Shown: positions 10,437-24,935 of the stretch, piece by piece
How the letters are laid out: each line of letters opens with the position of its first letter
Numbering within the stretch: position 1 is the first letter of the stretch
Program-made: the position numbers and the translations under genes
Assembly: GCA_002633005.1 (NCBI GenBank)
Contig: NMRA01000752.1
Coordinates: forward strand, 58,689 to 122,688
Length of the DNA stretch: 64,000 nucleotides
Origin: Phoronis australis
Lineage: Eukaryota; Animalia; Phoronida
Reading direction: 5' to 3'
The notes under the pieces: generated by a model
What the model saw: only the letters and a program-made list of their open reading frames with translations
What the model was told of the DNA's origin: nothing
The model's database searches: none

Positions 10437-13400
10437 CCTTTCCTTGTTCGTTCTTTGCCTACATGTATAAAGCGTTGATCTGGCTCGCACTACCTTTGCG
10501 TTTTCATTTTGCTATGCCCTGAGTAGCCTGCCTGATTGTCCGAATTTTCGATTACATTTTGTATACTACTGAAATCAGCCAGTACTCCGTCATGCACAAA
10601 GCAATCTTGGCCACTTGCTTCAACATTTATTGTCAGAAAACTTCAGGGAAAATGGGAACGCGGTGTATCAAGGATTTTTGACGCTTAGGCTGTGATATCA
10701 TTGGTAGGCATGAAAAACAGTCACGGCAGTTTTACATGTATTTCAAAGCGCGCTCCAATTCATGGAAAGTGACTCCGCTATTAGATTCGTACTATTTAGA
10801 TTCATGTAGTGTTTGGGGCGTGGATTTCAACGTTGTCTCTTCACAGAAACGCGGGGAAAATATAATTTCACATCCACAACCGAAGTAGTCCTATCCTTTG
10901 TGAAATTGAGGTTGTGGAATATTCATCTGTCCCTCATGTGTTCAGTTTTTTGCGGCTACTCACCATGTCAATTACGGTAAATGAAAACGGTTGCAATTCG
11001 CACACAATTTCAAGACCAATGGGAATTTCTAAATACATCATTCATAAATTATGAAAAAATATCTATGGACAGATAATTCGTTTCAATGAAAACAACACCA
11101 TAAGTGAAAATTTAATGCTTAGAACGTTTTGGCTAATGAATGGGCGTTGGTATACAAGTAAAGTACAACATACCTAAACTACACGGTTAAAGGGCCCTTA
11201 GACATTTTGATACCTTTACATACTGTAGACCGGGCGCGCGCCACTCAGATACAAGCAGCTCGCGTTGTCAATATGACGCCACATTGGAGAGTGCTACACA
11301 GGACAAAAAAGGCGGAAAACACTGGGTGCCCTACGGCATTAGTCAGAAAATTGGCGGGCTCGCAGTGTTATGGTTGCAACCATAGAGTTAAGATTTTTGG
11401 TCCTCCCATTGAGTTATGTGTTTTTTGGTTCGGCCATGGAGTTTATTGGAGCTGCAACTAGGTTTTTATGTTCCGCCACCATAATTTAAGCGAAGCGACT
11501 ATATGCGTTATTTCCACATCAGTCTTGGTGATTGAAACCATAAAAGATCAATTAAAAAGATAATTAATGACCAGCATATGCTTATTATCCAATGATGATG
11601 CTGTTTTCTAATTATATTTAAGTAAATATTTAGTATTCTTGACAATCATACGTGTACTGAAAAATAACATCCCCGAACTTACTCTCCAGCCGGGGCATCG
11701 AAATCAGTACATCTAAGAGAATAGTGTATTCTCTACTGAAATATATACTGCATTAAAAACTCATTTCTTACTACGTATTCCAAAATCAGATATTTTCTTG
11801 TTTTGTCAAAACAAACAAATCTCTGCAAAATATGTACTTATGTCGAAGTTGATATTGGAAATTTTGTATATTTGCACTGCTGGCTAACGAGCTCTCTGAT
11901 TTTTGACGAAACTTGTGCAAAAAGTAATGTGCATAATAACCAAAATATCAAACCAGTACGATTGAATTGCACATCCAACCTTTACCCAAAATACAGAATT
12001 TACCACTCGAAACCGAATGGAAATATACCCAACCTAGCCGATGTAGCCGCATTAATTAGGACTCCGTAAAAATTGACCCCGGTTAGTTTTTTCACAGGGT
12101 ATAAATTTAATGTGAAGAATATTCAGCCCATGAAAAAATGACCCCACGTCCGTGAAAACTTGTCCCGTCATTATTCAACGATTCCCCGCAACAGGGGGTT
12201 GGGATAAGCAAACAGCGTGCGTGAGAGAAGAATTAATTTTAAATTTCTCGGCCTGAGGGTCGCGCAGTAGGCCTACGCATATCAGATTGAGAGCGGGGGT
12301 GGATAGAGACAGTCCGAAATAATGTTTGCCGGAGCGGGGCTGATCTCTTTGTGAGCACACGGTGTGGGGATACTACAAAACGCCAACAAGTGTCTGGTGC
12401 TTGATCGGAGGGACTTCAGATCCGTCAGAGAGGAATATCGAGCGTGCGAGAAAAAATAATTTTTTGTTGCCAATTCCGAGCGATGCACAGGAAAGGAATT
12501 GAGTCTGTTTTCTTTGTTTTCTACGTTACGAGGTTCTCCCGTTGAGTCTAACTTGTTAAGCTGTATATCACAACAACTTGGGCGGATAACCGCTGTAGAC
12601 AATATCTTATAATGGCAACTGATTAAGTCCATTCTGGCAATTAGGATTAGAGGATCTCGGTCAGCTCTCTTTTGTACGATAGTTGCTCCAATCTTCGATA
12701 ACATCGTATCTTATATCCTCACTGTGCTGTGCTGTTAAAAATAAGTTAAGTTATAAAATGTTTGAACATAAGCCAATGACATTTCTGAATTGCCAATCAA
12801 ATACTGGTCTAGCTTATAGTTTTTGAATCACCAAAATCGCCCAACTACTATCGAAGTTAAAACAATCTACAGTGTATTCTATCCGAACGTATCAACATAC
12901 TTGGTTTGACTGTGTTCACATGTGATCGGTTATAAGCCTGGTAGATATTTTATCTCCATGTTGTTGTACCAGACAAAAAGACTATGCTCGGCAGTTAACA
13001 AAGGAGCTAAATATTATCACACGCTCAAAACCGCTGTACTGAACGGGAGAACGCCCTAATGAACTTTAAAAACTGTCATATATTGATATGACCCAAACAA
13101 AATCATTTTTCATAGTAGTTCACATAAAATTTGTACTCCATTAAAAGCGATCCGGGTCATATATTAATTCTACAAAGTTACCCGGGGTCATTGTTCAACA
13201 CTCTGTGAAAAGGCTTACTGGGGCACAACGAAGGTACGTCCCGAATGAGCGGCACTTCTCCTGTTTTTGCATCGCGTGACACGAATTAAATGATAAAATT
13301 GCGCGATCTCAGTGGTTTCTCTTGAAAAGAACGAAAAATAAAACGCTCACAGTGGATTGACAGGCGTGCAGCCGCTCAGGCCACTCAAAAATCTGCCACT

Positions 13401-13591
13401 GGTTGCGATCCTCCAATAGTTTGATATTTTCCCTATCGACTAATTAAATCTTAAAAAACGCCTGTAAGAGCTACATCACATGTTTCTGTATGTTTCTGGA
13501 AAAAATCTTTTTCATCGGCCTCTTTATTTGTTATATATCGCCCTTGGAAAAGGACAATTTGCCCCGTTTGTTTACGCGGCAATTAGCCGTG

Positions 13592-14128
13592 TCACGTGAC
13601 TAGTAGCAATCCCCAATATGGCGTCAAGTTGTCAGGGGCAGGAGTGCGTGCGCCCGGTGTATGTGATGTGTATGGGACTGCCACACACGGTGTCGGACGC
13701 AAAATCACGACTCACGTACCTCCAAACACCGTTCCTTGTCTCTCATACACGGGATCGGACTCGCAAACTACGACCCATTCACCCAAAATACACGGTCACA
13801 TACTCACATTAACGTAGAAACACGATACATGTACACGGACTGCCAAACATGTTTTGCTTCGTGAATGGTGTTTGCAGGTACGTGACTCGTGTTTTTTCGT
13901 CCGACACCGTGTTCAACTGTCCGTTAACAGTGTGGTTTAGGTACATGTACATTAGCATACTGTAGCTTTACACACTGGACATTAGTTTGTTAGAGATGGT
14001 TGCTCTACATGTACATCGTTTTGACTGCGTCTCGTTTGCAGTTACATTATGGCAGTGGTTATATCTAAGGGTGGAAGGATGTTGTGCACTTGACAAGTGT
14101 GGTTTACAGTAAGGTACTAGTCACGTGA
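13592..14128. mobile_element. Foldback/MITE-like element with nested inverted repeats
   Basis: Outer perfect IR TCACGTGACTAGTA (13592-13605) / TACTAGTCACGTGA (14115-14128). Inner imperfect ~45-bp IR 13685-13730 / 13867-13912. Confidence 0.6.
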
Positions 14129-16751
14129 AAGCCACGCGCGCTTATCACGTGCACATTCCTTCTTGTAGTGGTTGTCTTAGTAAATAGGCGTGTTTTAGTT
14201 GACTTGCATTTAGTTGTTATTTTAATAAGTTGAAACTTGTTTTACTAACTCAACAGGTGTATACAGTAGTTTTTAAACAAACCGAACAACGTTGACATTA
14301 GACGACGTTTCGGTGCGCGCAACCGCCATTATGTATCCATATTTTCAACTAGAATCTGCTTCAAATCTGGCTAAATTTCGACAAAGTCTCGACAGGTTTT
14401 GCTTCATTCCCGTTGTCGAAATCGCGACAAAGTACAGTGCAAGTCCATTGCATAAGTAAAAAATTAGAGGCAATGTTTTATGACGTCACATTAAACACTG
14501 ACAAAGGTTTCACAAAAACGCGACTTTATTGCACTAACCTGCCAAACATGTTGGCAAGATGTTTATCCGTCAGAGCGCTGGGGAATTCTGTTTAGTTTAT
14601 TATGAAAACTACCGTATTTGTGGAGCTTTGTGTAGAAACAAGACTGAACTTTTTGGTTGACGTAACCTTTTGTATGTGTATATGCATTCGTTACATATTT
14701 GATGTTGTAACAACATCCATGCACGCACAAAAACAATAACAAAGCAAATATTTAGCTTTCCTTTAAATTCCCTTTATAATTTCCAAAGCCGCCAGGGAAC
14801 CAGCCCCTGGTTTACTACGCGCGGCAAACAATAACAAGTAATACTTTGAAAGCCTACATCTGACCAAAATGAGTTGTTGATACTCCTCACAGTCAGCATA
14901 GGTCATTTTCTGTGACCGAGCAGTGATCCACAACTCTCAATAAGTATCATATTTTCCATACCGTGTAGAACCGTGATGGATGCAGTTAAATGACGATCAA
15001 CGATAAATTAAACTGTGTCGAACCCCCTTAAATCCGTGCTCATTGACAACAGGGAAAATGACCAATCTTATAATAGCAAGTTTCTTGCATCAGAACTTGT
15101 TTTTGACAAAAAACAAGGTATAAGTCTTTTGACGAAATAGCTATATTTTCATTCACCTAAGGGTCAAACACCCTGGTCAAGATGTCACATTTCCAAATAA
15201 AGATAATACATCTATGTACATAATCTGCCATCTGACGATAGCTTGACTGGTCGTGTTTTAAAGTCGACTCAAAGAGACGTAAATGTACACATGAAACTAC
15301 ATGGACATTCCGAAATTTTACAAGCCATGAAAAGAATCATACGTTAACACCCTAACCGGTCGAGATTGGGCAAATCGACCGGTTTGCGCACCTTGGAATC
15401 TGCCGGCTTAGATCAAAGACGTCATGTTGTTTTGGTTAATTTAATCGCCTCAATGTGGCGCTGTTATCGTTCTCTAGATGATGAGACCCATCGTAAACAC
15501 ATTGGGGACGACAATAGTGTTTTTAATTTTTTTGTTTTGACAGTGTGTAAATAACATATTTGAATAATTCGTGAAAAGCTCACGTGCATAGGAATTTGAA
15601 GTTTGAAAATTGGACAAGGAATGTTGCAAAAATATGTTTCTCGTTAATTTGGCTGGGTGTGCAACATAATTGGGCCAACTGACAAACTACCAGGCAGCAG
15701 TTGGATTTTGAGGTAAGACAATTGTCATCGTACAAGTCTTGGCATGCAGACCTTATAAATAAGTGCTCAACACTCTGGCATCAAATTTAATGTCATAGAA
15801 TCACTGTAATCAACGATACAACATCGAGATTTTATTAGATTCCATGTCACTTTAAGACTCTCTTCATGAAACAAATCCTTGATCACAGCTTGCAGTACTA
15901 GCACAATTTACCCATACGAATAGCTGCGCGTTCAATCCGTTACTTATGGAATTCCAAGACTCAGTTGCTAACGCGTTCGGCTTGTACTCTTTAGCGCGTT
16001 AGGCGAACGATCCCTGGCCGTATAAACATGCACATTTACAAGATGACGTCACGAAGTCCGAAAGCGAGTTGATTAAAAAGACTCGTGCATTAATATTAAA
16101 TATGGCGTAAACTTGATTCAGATTCTGCCAGACGCAGTGCAATTCGCTTCTGTTACTGTCTAGCTGGTGCATTATTATGGGATATGATTTAACATAATGA
16201 GAAATGGTCCCACAGAACAACAGAACTTACATGTTAGTGATGTGCTGGGACGAATGTTTCACTTCAGATATCCCCAGAGAACTACATGTAAGATTGCTTT
16301 CTCTCTGAATGGCATGAATTCTCTTTTATGAACCAATCGTGAAAACCTGATGCATCGCAAAATAACTAGCAAGAAGAAACTACAACTCAGAATTCATTGC
16401 TACTACGTCAGTTTGAAGTTCACAAAGACTGATTTTAGCGGGTTAATGGAAATTGAATTTAGTGACTAGTTTGGATCAACGCACCTGGAAAACTTGTTGA
16501 AAACAAAGAATTATATCATTTAGAACGTCAAAATTTAAAGGTTTTGAGCCGTGGCAATAAATATTGCCATAATTCTGACAAGACACACGTTATACACATT
16601 TAGTACAAAGGGATAACGCGTTAATTCATGCACATGCAGCCCTAGATTAACGCACCAACCTAAAACCTGTCACAAGTGAACAACTCACAGGCCCGGAGTT
16701 TCATAGATGCCTCTATCACCAGTAAGCCAACCATTTCGCCCCTTAAATTAA

Positions 16752-18701
16752 AGGAGAATGCCACCCAGAAACAACCTAGTTTGTATTTATTTAGATCGAG
16801 TAGTTCCACTCTGTAACAGCAAGTACAGCTCTTTTACCTGACACCTGGCGGCAAACGGAGGTGTTGAAATTAAGCAATGACGTTAGAAGTTCAAATGCAG
16901 TCTGTTCAAAAGTTCACAACACGCTTACTGGTGTCAGCTTATCGCTTGAATTCCTCGTTTTACATAAAAAAATCATAAACTTCGATGTAAAATCCTTAAA
17001 AATACACCGAGTTATTGATCAAACGTGTTATTTTATTTCGCTGTTACGGATTTTTAAGTATTTGAACATATCGTAGCCAACTCGGTAGGTCGATCGCGGG
17101 AGTTTGGGAACTGTTCGGTGATAAGCTCAAATTATTCGTCCGTGAGATACAGACCAGAGAAAATAGCTGTGTGTTGTAATTTTAGACGCGATTTTTTCAG
17201 TTCTAAACACACAAAACGCTTGCTATCCTGGCCAGTGGCTCGGAACCCGATCAGGATCATAGCGACCGGACTGAAGACATCACGAACATAAACCAGCCAA
17301 AGTTGGAAACTAAACTAGACTATACTAGTAAGCCAAAAAGAAAAGAAAATGTGCATGCCACTATTTTGGTGAATTAACCGCGAAACTGCAAATTTACTTA
17401 CTAGCTCATCGAGGGTCGCGAAGTCAGCTTACCCTTTCACAGAACCGTCAGGGCAAAAATTGTACAGTAACAATGATTCGAATAATGTTGATGAATATCT
17501 AAATAAAAATTCCAATAATATCTGACCAGAGGATATAAAATCGAATAATTTTGTTTCACAACAGCTTTCTGTCAGCAAACACTGAATTAGCAAGGGCTCA
17601 CACGGCCTCGGTTCACGATGAATTAGTTTATTGCATGTAAAGCCGGGTAAATCAGTGATTAATTCAGTGGTGGATTCTCAAAACATTTGCACTCACTCTA
17701 AGGCATTACAAATTGTATCTATTGAGAAAGACTTTGTTTCAGTTTTATTTAAGCACTAGTTAGGCTGAGAATAATTCATTTTGAACTGCAGAACGCACAT
17801 TAAACGTCAGCTCACTATCCCGACTTAGACGAGTGCTCATCCGACGAAGACTTCGCAGGTCGTTCGTTAAGTTTCACAGGCTATCACTTTGGGCCGGAAT
17901 ACACTGATCAAGAAATAATAGAGAGGCTCCGTGAACGTGCACAGACAATGGAAAATGTGGATAATTCCGAAAACCGTTTGGATGACTTGCCATGGTGTCA
18001 GTGAGCTAACTGAACGATAACGGAAACGTGGATTGACGCTTGCGTTTGCTGCTACGAAATTCCTCAAGTGAAACGCCTTCTTGGAGATGAGCAGATGTGT
18101 CTTACGGACCATCCTGATTTTGCACTGCATGTAAACAGAAGTGTGCTTATGACGTTTTTTAGGGCTGAGAAAAAGACCTTGCGAAAACATCCTGCACCCA
18201 GAGGACCAAACAGAAGCCTCACGAACGAGTCAGTTATCAAACAGGTTATATAAATTGTTATGTTCTCACGCCTTGGATTAATTGTAATTGTTTATGTTTT
18301 CATAGCCAACTATAATTCTCCAAAATCAAAAACCGATCAACAACCGATGCGACGAAATGCAGGTCACTGACAGACACAGAGAAATTTCACGGCCTCATAC
18401 TTGGTATTAACGGTGTACTTTTCATTCTTCACTACCGTAAGCCACTTACAAAGCATTGTGGGCTCTCGAGGAAATGGAGAAAGCGATATACCCACTTTCC
18501 GCAAAAGCGAGAACGATACACCACACCATAGCGGCGCTCACTCTGCAGAAGAACCACTGACGTCGCTCCGTCCTTTTTCACCTTCCTCAAGCGTTAACGC
18601 GAAACCTCTCGGCGAGGTAAGATCGACCGCATGCGTTGTGACGCTGATATAGACCGATTAAGACGGTAAAAAAGACTAATTAAATCGGGTGGCATTATCC
18701 T
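16752..18701 (+). mobile_element. Kolobok-like non-autonomous DNA transposon (copy 1)
   Basis: TTAA|AGGAGAATGCCACCC ... GGGTGGCATTATCCT|TTAA (TTAA TSD, purine-purine termini). Colinear in reverse orientation with 33641-35470. Carries a KolX-like remnant. Confidence 0.82.
17816..18229 (+). pseudogene. KolX / P2X7 ballast-like cysteine-rich protein exon remnant
   Basis: Single frame YPDLDECSSDEDF...GYHFGPEYTDQEIIERLRER...NRLDDLPWCQ*AN*TITETWIDACVCCYEIPQVKRLLGDEQMCLTDHPDF...VL...PNRSLTN|gt. It matches the Y-x-F-E-P, W-C-x-C-x-x-C...C-x-C-C-x-E and C-x-T-x-H-x-x-F pattern of P2X7-like Cys-rich proteins. Confidence 0.7.
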
Positions 18702-20328
18702 TTAAGAGAATTATCGAACGGAATAGCCCCGCACTATAAGGATAATTGCAGTCCGATACATGTAGCTACAGCTGAACTGGGTCACCTGCCTCCAGTGAAC
18801 TATAGCCGAGCTGATTAGGGCCGTTCCGGATTAAACAACGACACTCACATTTACCAAAATATCTGCCAAGCACTTTTGTATGGTGTAATTGAAGGTCCGC
18901 ATGTTCCTTGCTGTTGTATTCTGTACAAATTTTCCGCAGTTGCGTTATTCTATTCGTCTTCCCATTGACAACGAAGTATTACAGCTGTGCTTTGGTCTCC
19001 GTCTCCGACGGGATAAGGTTGACAAATATTCAGACATCAATCAAAGACAACTAAATGTGGAGGAGTGGATAAAGTACTTTCGTCATTTTGTTCATTTTGT
19101 ACCGAGAAGAATCCACTTTGAAGATATCGTCAATTCTGGTAAATCGGTTGAAATCGAACATATTTCCACGGCCATAGCGTACTTCGTGGGTCTCTGACAT
19201 GACCTGTGCAAATAGGCCTGACATTCCAAACGAAGACAATGAAAACAACGCGTTTTCTTACCTCCGGGACAAAGAGAGTATCGCTGGACAGTTTTATGAA
19301 TGAACAAACGGCTAATTTCTAAGACCATGTTGATGAATACAATAAAGGGTGATTAGTTTTACCCGAATTACGGAGATAATTCACACTATAAGCATCTTGA
19401 CATCTTTATCATTCACTCTTTCTCTTCTGGCAGCATTATACTTCGCACATTGCCTTGCAGTGTACAACAATACAATAAACATTTTGAGTAAACACAAGGC
19501 TATAATGATCATCACCATTCTTGTGTTCCGCTTATCGTTTCGCGATGGCTTACACGCGTCCAATTCATGCCAAATCAAAATTATGATTATCGAACTCATC
19601 AATATAACGTACACGGGAATAGAGAAGGCTTTCTCCAACCTTTGCAATGAAGTCTTTTTACCCATGATGCAGCTGCTAATTCTTACGAAGTTTGTTGACT
19701 TGTGTTTATTAACTGAAAAGAATAAAAAAACGTGAGATGCATGTATGTTGAACATCAGAATACTAAACATTTGTTCAAACCGTCATAGAATCTAGCTGAG
19801 AGTTAAAAATGAGGAGCATGAAGCCACGCACTTGTCAATTCAAATAGGACGGCGTTAATGACTGTCAGTTTTTGTGTGTGATGGATCTGTTTTTATTTCT
19901 GGTTCTGATCCGGGTTAACCTCACCAGGAATAGCTCAGCAATTTTCGTAACTTCAATTTCTCTTTCGGATGTGAACGTTTCTGCACGTGTGCAAACCATA
20001 GATTAAATATTCCGAGATGCGTACGCGACACATAGCGCCAGCTGGTTACTTATGCAGTTGATAGGCGAGGACGGCTAATATCCCTTGCCTACCGCCTGGT
20101 AACCATAAACGAATGAGCATATAGGGGCCTACAAAATCATACCCTGTTTAACCTACAGTTGTTGACTAGAAAGCTTCCAATGTATTCTAGTATACGTGTA
20201 TAATTTGAATGTGCATTCTAGACTAGGCCTTAGACGGAAGTCAAGAAGAACGTGGAAGTTATTGGACAAAGGCAAGGACTCGTTAAAACATCCCTGAATC
20301 CGCCAACGAGAGATGTTAATTTGATGTT

Positions 20329-20542
20329 TATGGCCATGACCATGGGTATAAAGTGTCTACATATGTAATGCGCTATTCTAAATTATGGCCATGGATTTAG
20401 AATGTCTATACAGTATATGTAGCACGATATTCTATATTTATGGTCAGGACCATGGATATAGAGTGTATATATACTTAGTGCACTATTCTATGTTATGGTC
20501 ATGATCAAGCATTTAGAGTGTCTATATATATGTACCGAGCTA
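20329..20542. repeat. Degenerate minisatellite, ~55-60 bp unit, ~4 copies
   Basis: Recurring TATGGYCA..CATGG.T.TAGAGTGTCTA..TATGTA..GC.CTATTCTA. Confidence 0.75.
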
Positions 20543-21754
20543 TGACAATTAGTATAACCAAAAATAGAAAATAAAGCCTATACTTCGTCTAATAAGTGGG
20601 TGAAACGAACACTTTACAGAATATTTTTTCTATTTGGATTTGATATGTCTTACACCTTGAAGCTTATAATGCATCAAGGCCAGCCAATAAATGTATATTT
20701 TGTTTAATGAAATCTCTTTAAGAAATCATTAGTTTTAACAGAATTATTAAAGTTTGACTTGTGGAAATATTGCGTAGCGTTTTAAGATGCATGGTCATAT
20801 TGACGTCATTCAGCATTTAATTCCAAAATTCAATGCGCCAACTCCACGGATATTTGTCAAGTTTGATATCAGCACATGTAAGCCCCCTCTTGTTGCAACA
20901 ACTAACTATACATGGTTCTAATTGTTCAATTTACGTTTAGCAACTATATGAGACGAAACATGATGTAATTACAGAAATTCATCAGCAGCAATAGAATGGC
21001 TGCAGGACGGGATTGAAATAGAACCATCTGGTACAACACTTCGGGGCAGCAGGTGGCACCAGTGGATTATTAATTAAAATGCGCTTTCCTGACTTACTTG
21101 AATGATTCTATGTAATATTTCTGAAGCTAAAATGTTTAATGCCGATCATCACGAATTGTTGTATCGCCTCTCCCTACCCCCTCCTCCCCTCCGGAGAGGG
21201 TTCCGCACGAGACAAATCTCCCTCCATCCTAGCTACATGTACGCCCCTCAGGATGTACACAGAAGCCCGTGCCCAGACTGTTGCTTACTTCTGTATGCAT
21301 TATACATTGCTCCTTGCTAGTTCAAAGGCTTAGTTTTGCGCCTTATATTTACCGTCAATCTTAATGAACTTGTACGTAACAAAATAGACACTGTATACTG
21401 TTCGTCTTCTTCACTGTCTTAATCATATTTTCTATAAACTTAGAATAAGAAATGCTTGTGTAAAAATCTTGCACCTCCATTTTTGCTCATATGAATTATG
21501 ATATGAATGATCATTGTTCACATATATCGGTCTCATCATCGTTTACAGCATTATTCTTAGGATTGTTTTAGTCAGTGACAAGAATTTGTATAAATTACTA
21601 GGACTGATCAAAAAACTTAGATCTTGCATTACAAAAGTCGTTAATATTAATTCCTTTCAACATCTTATAACATGGCATACCGGTAGTAGAAATAACCGAA
21701 ATTAATCTGTTTTAAAGAATCGTTTATGACCAATTTTATCAATCACACTTGCTT

Positions 21755-21969
21755 GTGTACACCTGTCTCGCACGCGCAGATATAGTGCCTGTGTACAATT
21801 TTGCACGCGCAGATCAGTAAAGCGCCTGTGTACGCCTGACGTGCATGCGCAGAGGTAGTGCCTGTGTACACCTGTGGTTCTCCGGACATAGTGCCTGTGT
21901 ACACCTGTCGTGCACGCGCAAGTATAGCGACTGTGTATTCCTGTCGTGTTCCCGCAGGTATAGCGTCCT
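21755..21969. repeat. Minisatellite, ~33-37 bp unit, ~6 copies
   Basis: Recurring GTGTACACCTGTCGTGCACGCGCAG..ATAGTGCCT. Confidence 0.85.
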
Positions 21970-24935
21970 TTCTTGGTCAGCTGTAAAACATTTTGAAAAC
22001 TCTGGACTTCGCCACAGTTGGGACCAGCGAGAAATAAGTGCTATAGGTAAAGCTGAAATTGCAAAATTCAAACTCAAGTAAACCAAGTTCGTGGAATCAT
22101 TCTGCTGAAGTAATCAGTCAACTTTAAACGACAATGCCATTTCAACATGATGCACGCTAAACAAAGTGCAGTTATTCAATGACAATTTGTAAACGTGAAA
22201 ACAGTTTTGGAAATAGGTGACCTTTGCGCTAATGGCATATCTTGCAGACCAAATAGCCGCCATCATGCAGGGTTATTCCCCAGCACCACGTCAAGATACT
22301 TACTGGACACGGTTCAGTGATTTTTGGAGAATAATTTTCGCCACAAAACAAGTTCTCAAAAACATTTGGCAATTTTTTACCTACTTCACATTCACATCAT
22401 TGCTATATGTCGTGTTATTAACTAATTTGGATATGCAATCACAGAGATAGGAATTAGCCTGAAATTTCCTCTTTAATATTTTATAATATCCATGTAACCC
22501 AACATGTTGACAAAGCAAGAAAATACATCAGGATACTAATAAAAGAATATAGAATTGTAGGCACGGTCCTACGAAGTAAACTATTACATCCTTGAAGACA
22601 ATGTTGCTGAATCAACTTTAGAGGCTAAATACTTTAGTGCATGTCAGTATCTTATACAAAAATTCTTGAAGGCCAGTATGGTATAATTACTGATGATAAA
22701 GATTTTATTACCAATAAGTGTTCGTGTCCAATATTCTACAGCTAACATTGGGGGTAAAATTCCCAGTTGCATGTCCTTCGTTATTTCTCATCTTAGTTCT
22801 TAGTTTCTGTTATACAACATAATGTAAGATCACATAGTAAAAGCCACTGGCGGTCTTCTGAACAACTATACGTGTGTAAAATAGAGGTGTCATAAAATCG
22901 TATCTTTTTCTGTAGTGTAGATTTTTATAGGTTCATTTTGCAGGAATAATTGGCTATACAACGGGATTTTCTCTTACTCCAATTTAGACCTTGCATATAC
23001 GTATTTACGTATGTGCACTTTTAAAATTGCTTAATGTTCATAAGTAACCTTGTTGGTTATTTATCAAATATATGCATGTTGCTGACGTGCTCTTTAATTA
23101 TGATGCATAAACTAAGCACATTGGGGTTTATAAACATTATCACGCTCGTCTGTAGCAGTAAGTTATTTTATTCTTCAAATTCATTATTTCTGATATCTCG
23201 TTTGTTTAAATACAGAGGGGAAATTGCAAAATAATATTTTGGTAATTGATATTTCATTTCTGTAAGTTCGCTTTCTCCTAGTGAAACCTCCAGCTACTAC
23301 AGAGTATTTGATTTTCCTTCCAGAGTTAGTACATAATAACTCACCAGTCTCCTTGGCATCTATTTACGTACATGCATTATCTTCAAAGCAACATTCTCCC
23401 CTGTTTAGCTGACTAAAAAAGAAGCATTTTACTTTCACAACACCAATCTCATGATGATCCTTACTACTGTATGACAGTATCCTATTTCATAGGCAATGTG
23501 TACTTGGTGTGTTTTCAAATTGCCAGTTCTAGGGTTGGACAACCCCAATCCCATGCATTTTCTTGCATCCGTGGTAATTTAAAATACATTTTAAAAATTT
23601 ATCACGGTAAGGAATATTATATGTAACCGGTTTGATGAGCATCGAAGGCCTAATTCGATTTTTTGTCAGCTAAACAGAGTAAAATTCAGTTTTAACTACT
23701 TAGCTGCCAGCTAACAGATACTAAATATAGCGCAATCCAACTGATACTACAGTGTGACATTTAACTTTGCTATTCAGAAAACAAAAGAAGTTTCAAACAT
23801 AAACCATGGTTGACAGGAGGGAAGAAAGCAGTTGTGAAAGAGTTCAATGCTGTTGTCATAAAATGCTGGTGGGAAAAGCAACGTGCGAAGAGCTAACATG
23901 GACATAAAAGAAACCCATTCAATTAAGAACAGAACCTGGATTGAAATAATCTTATGTGTCAAAATTCTCATTCCAATACAAGAGAGGAAACTATACATGA
24001 GTTAGACGATTGCTTTGTAAAGCCCAGCACATTTGTTAAGACTTTAGGTTGAATGAATGTACATGTAGAATGTTACCAATGTTTCTGAAGCGCAATTGAG
24101 CTCTCAGGATTTTTTAATTTCATTTGTTGAAGAGTGGATTCTGAATTAAATGAAATTGCTACAGCGTTTGGCATCTTTTGCGTAGAACTGTATTTTTGGT
24201 TATTCAAGTAAATTATAAATGTAAGTAATTATCAACTTTCATTTTGTGCACTAACTTTTGCGACCGAGTTACTGAGTCACATAAGCCTGCTGTGAGTAAT
24301 TAAGGATTTCAGGTAAACAAGAACTTGTACGATTTTGTATGTAATTATTATTATACTTGGAGTGTGAAACTTAATTTTTCATTGCAATGCCATATTTTTA
24401 ACAATTGCCTTCCTTTCTTGGTCACTATGTCATTTTAGACTATAGGTTTCTAAATGTGACCGTGATTTGTATAGGCCTATTTCTGCCATTTTTAGAGATA
24501 AAACGTGACAAATCTTGTCTGACATGTCAAATTAACATGAAGGTTTATGCAGTAAGATTGAAGATCGAAATGCTATGCATATGTCGCACAACTGAGGTTA
24601 TTATATCAACAAGATGGGTAGATTTAAAAAATAATGACTGGAAAAGTTGATAGCCTATGTGTTAGATATAACCTAATCTGTAAAATCATATAATAATGAA
24701 AATGCAATGTTTATTTCCACAATTGGGTGCTTGAATTAACTCAACTTGCCCCATGGTCTTGCAATTTGGTGAACCCACACAGCTGTGTTTCGTTTTGAAC
24801 AGAATCAGAATAACCATGTGTGATATAATCTCGTTTTCTGCTTTGTAAAGTACATGCCGTGGTCATGCGGCATGGAATCTTATTGGTTACTTCGCAGATT
24901 GTATCCTGTTGATGTGGTCAATTGGTCATGTTAAT

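Noticed and set aside
12175-12704. 140-aa minus ORF and neighbouring GC-richer segment
   Set aside because: No recognisable domain in the frames examined. It is flanked by repeat-like GGGGTCATT/AATGACCCC motifs and is probably transposon interior.
15344-15400. piggyBac-like terminus TTAACACCCTAACCGGT
   Set aside because: No partner end or TSD found.
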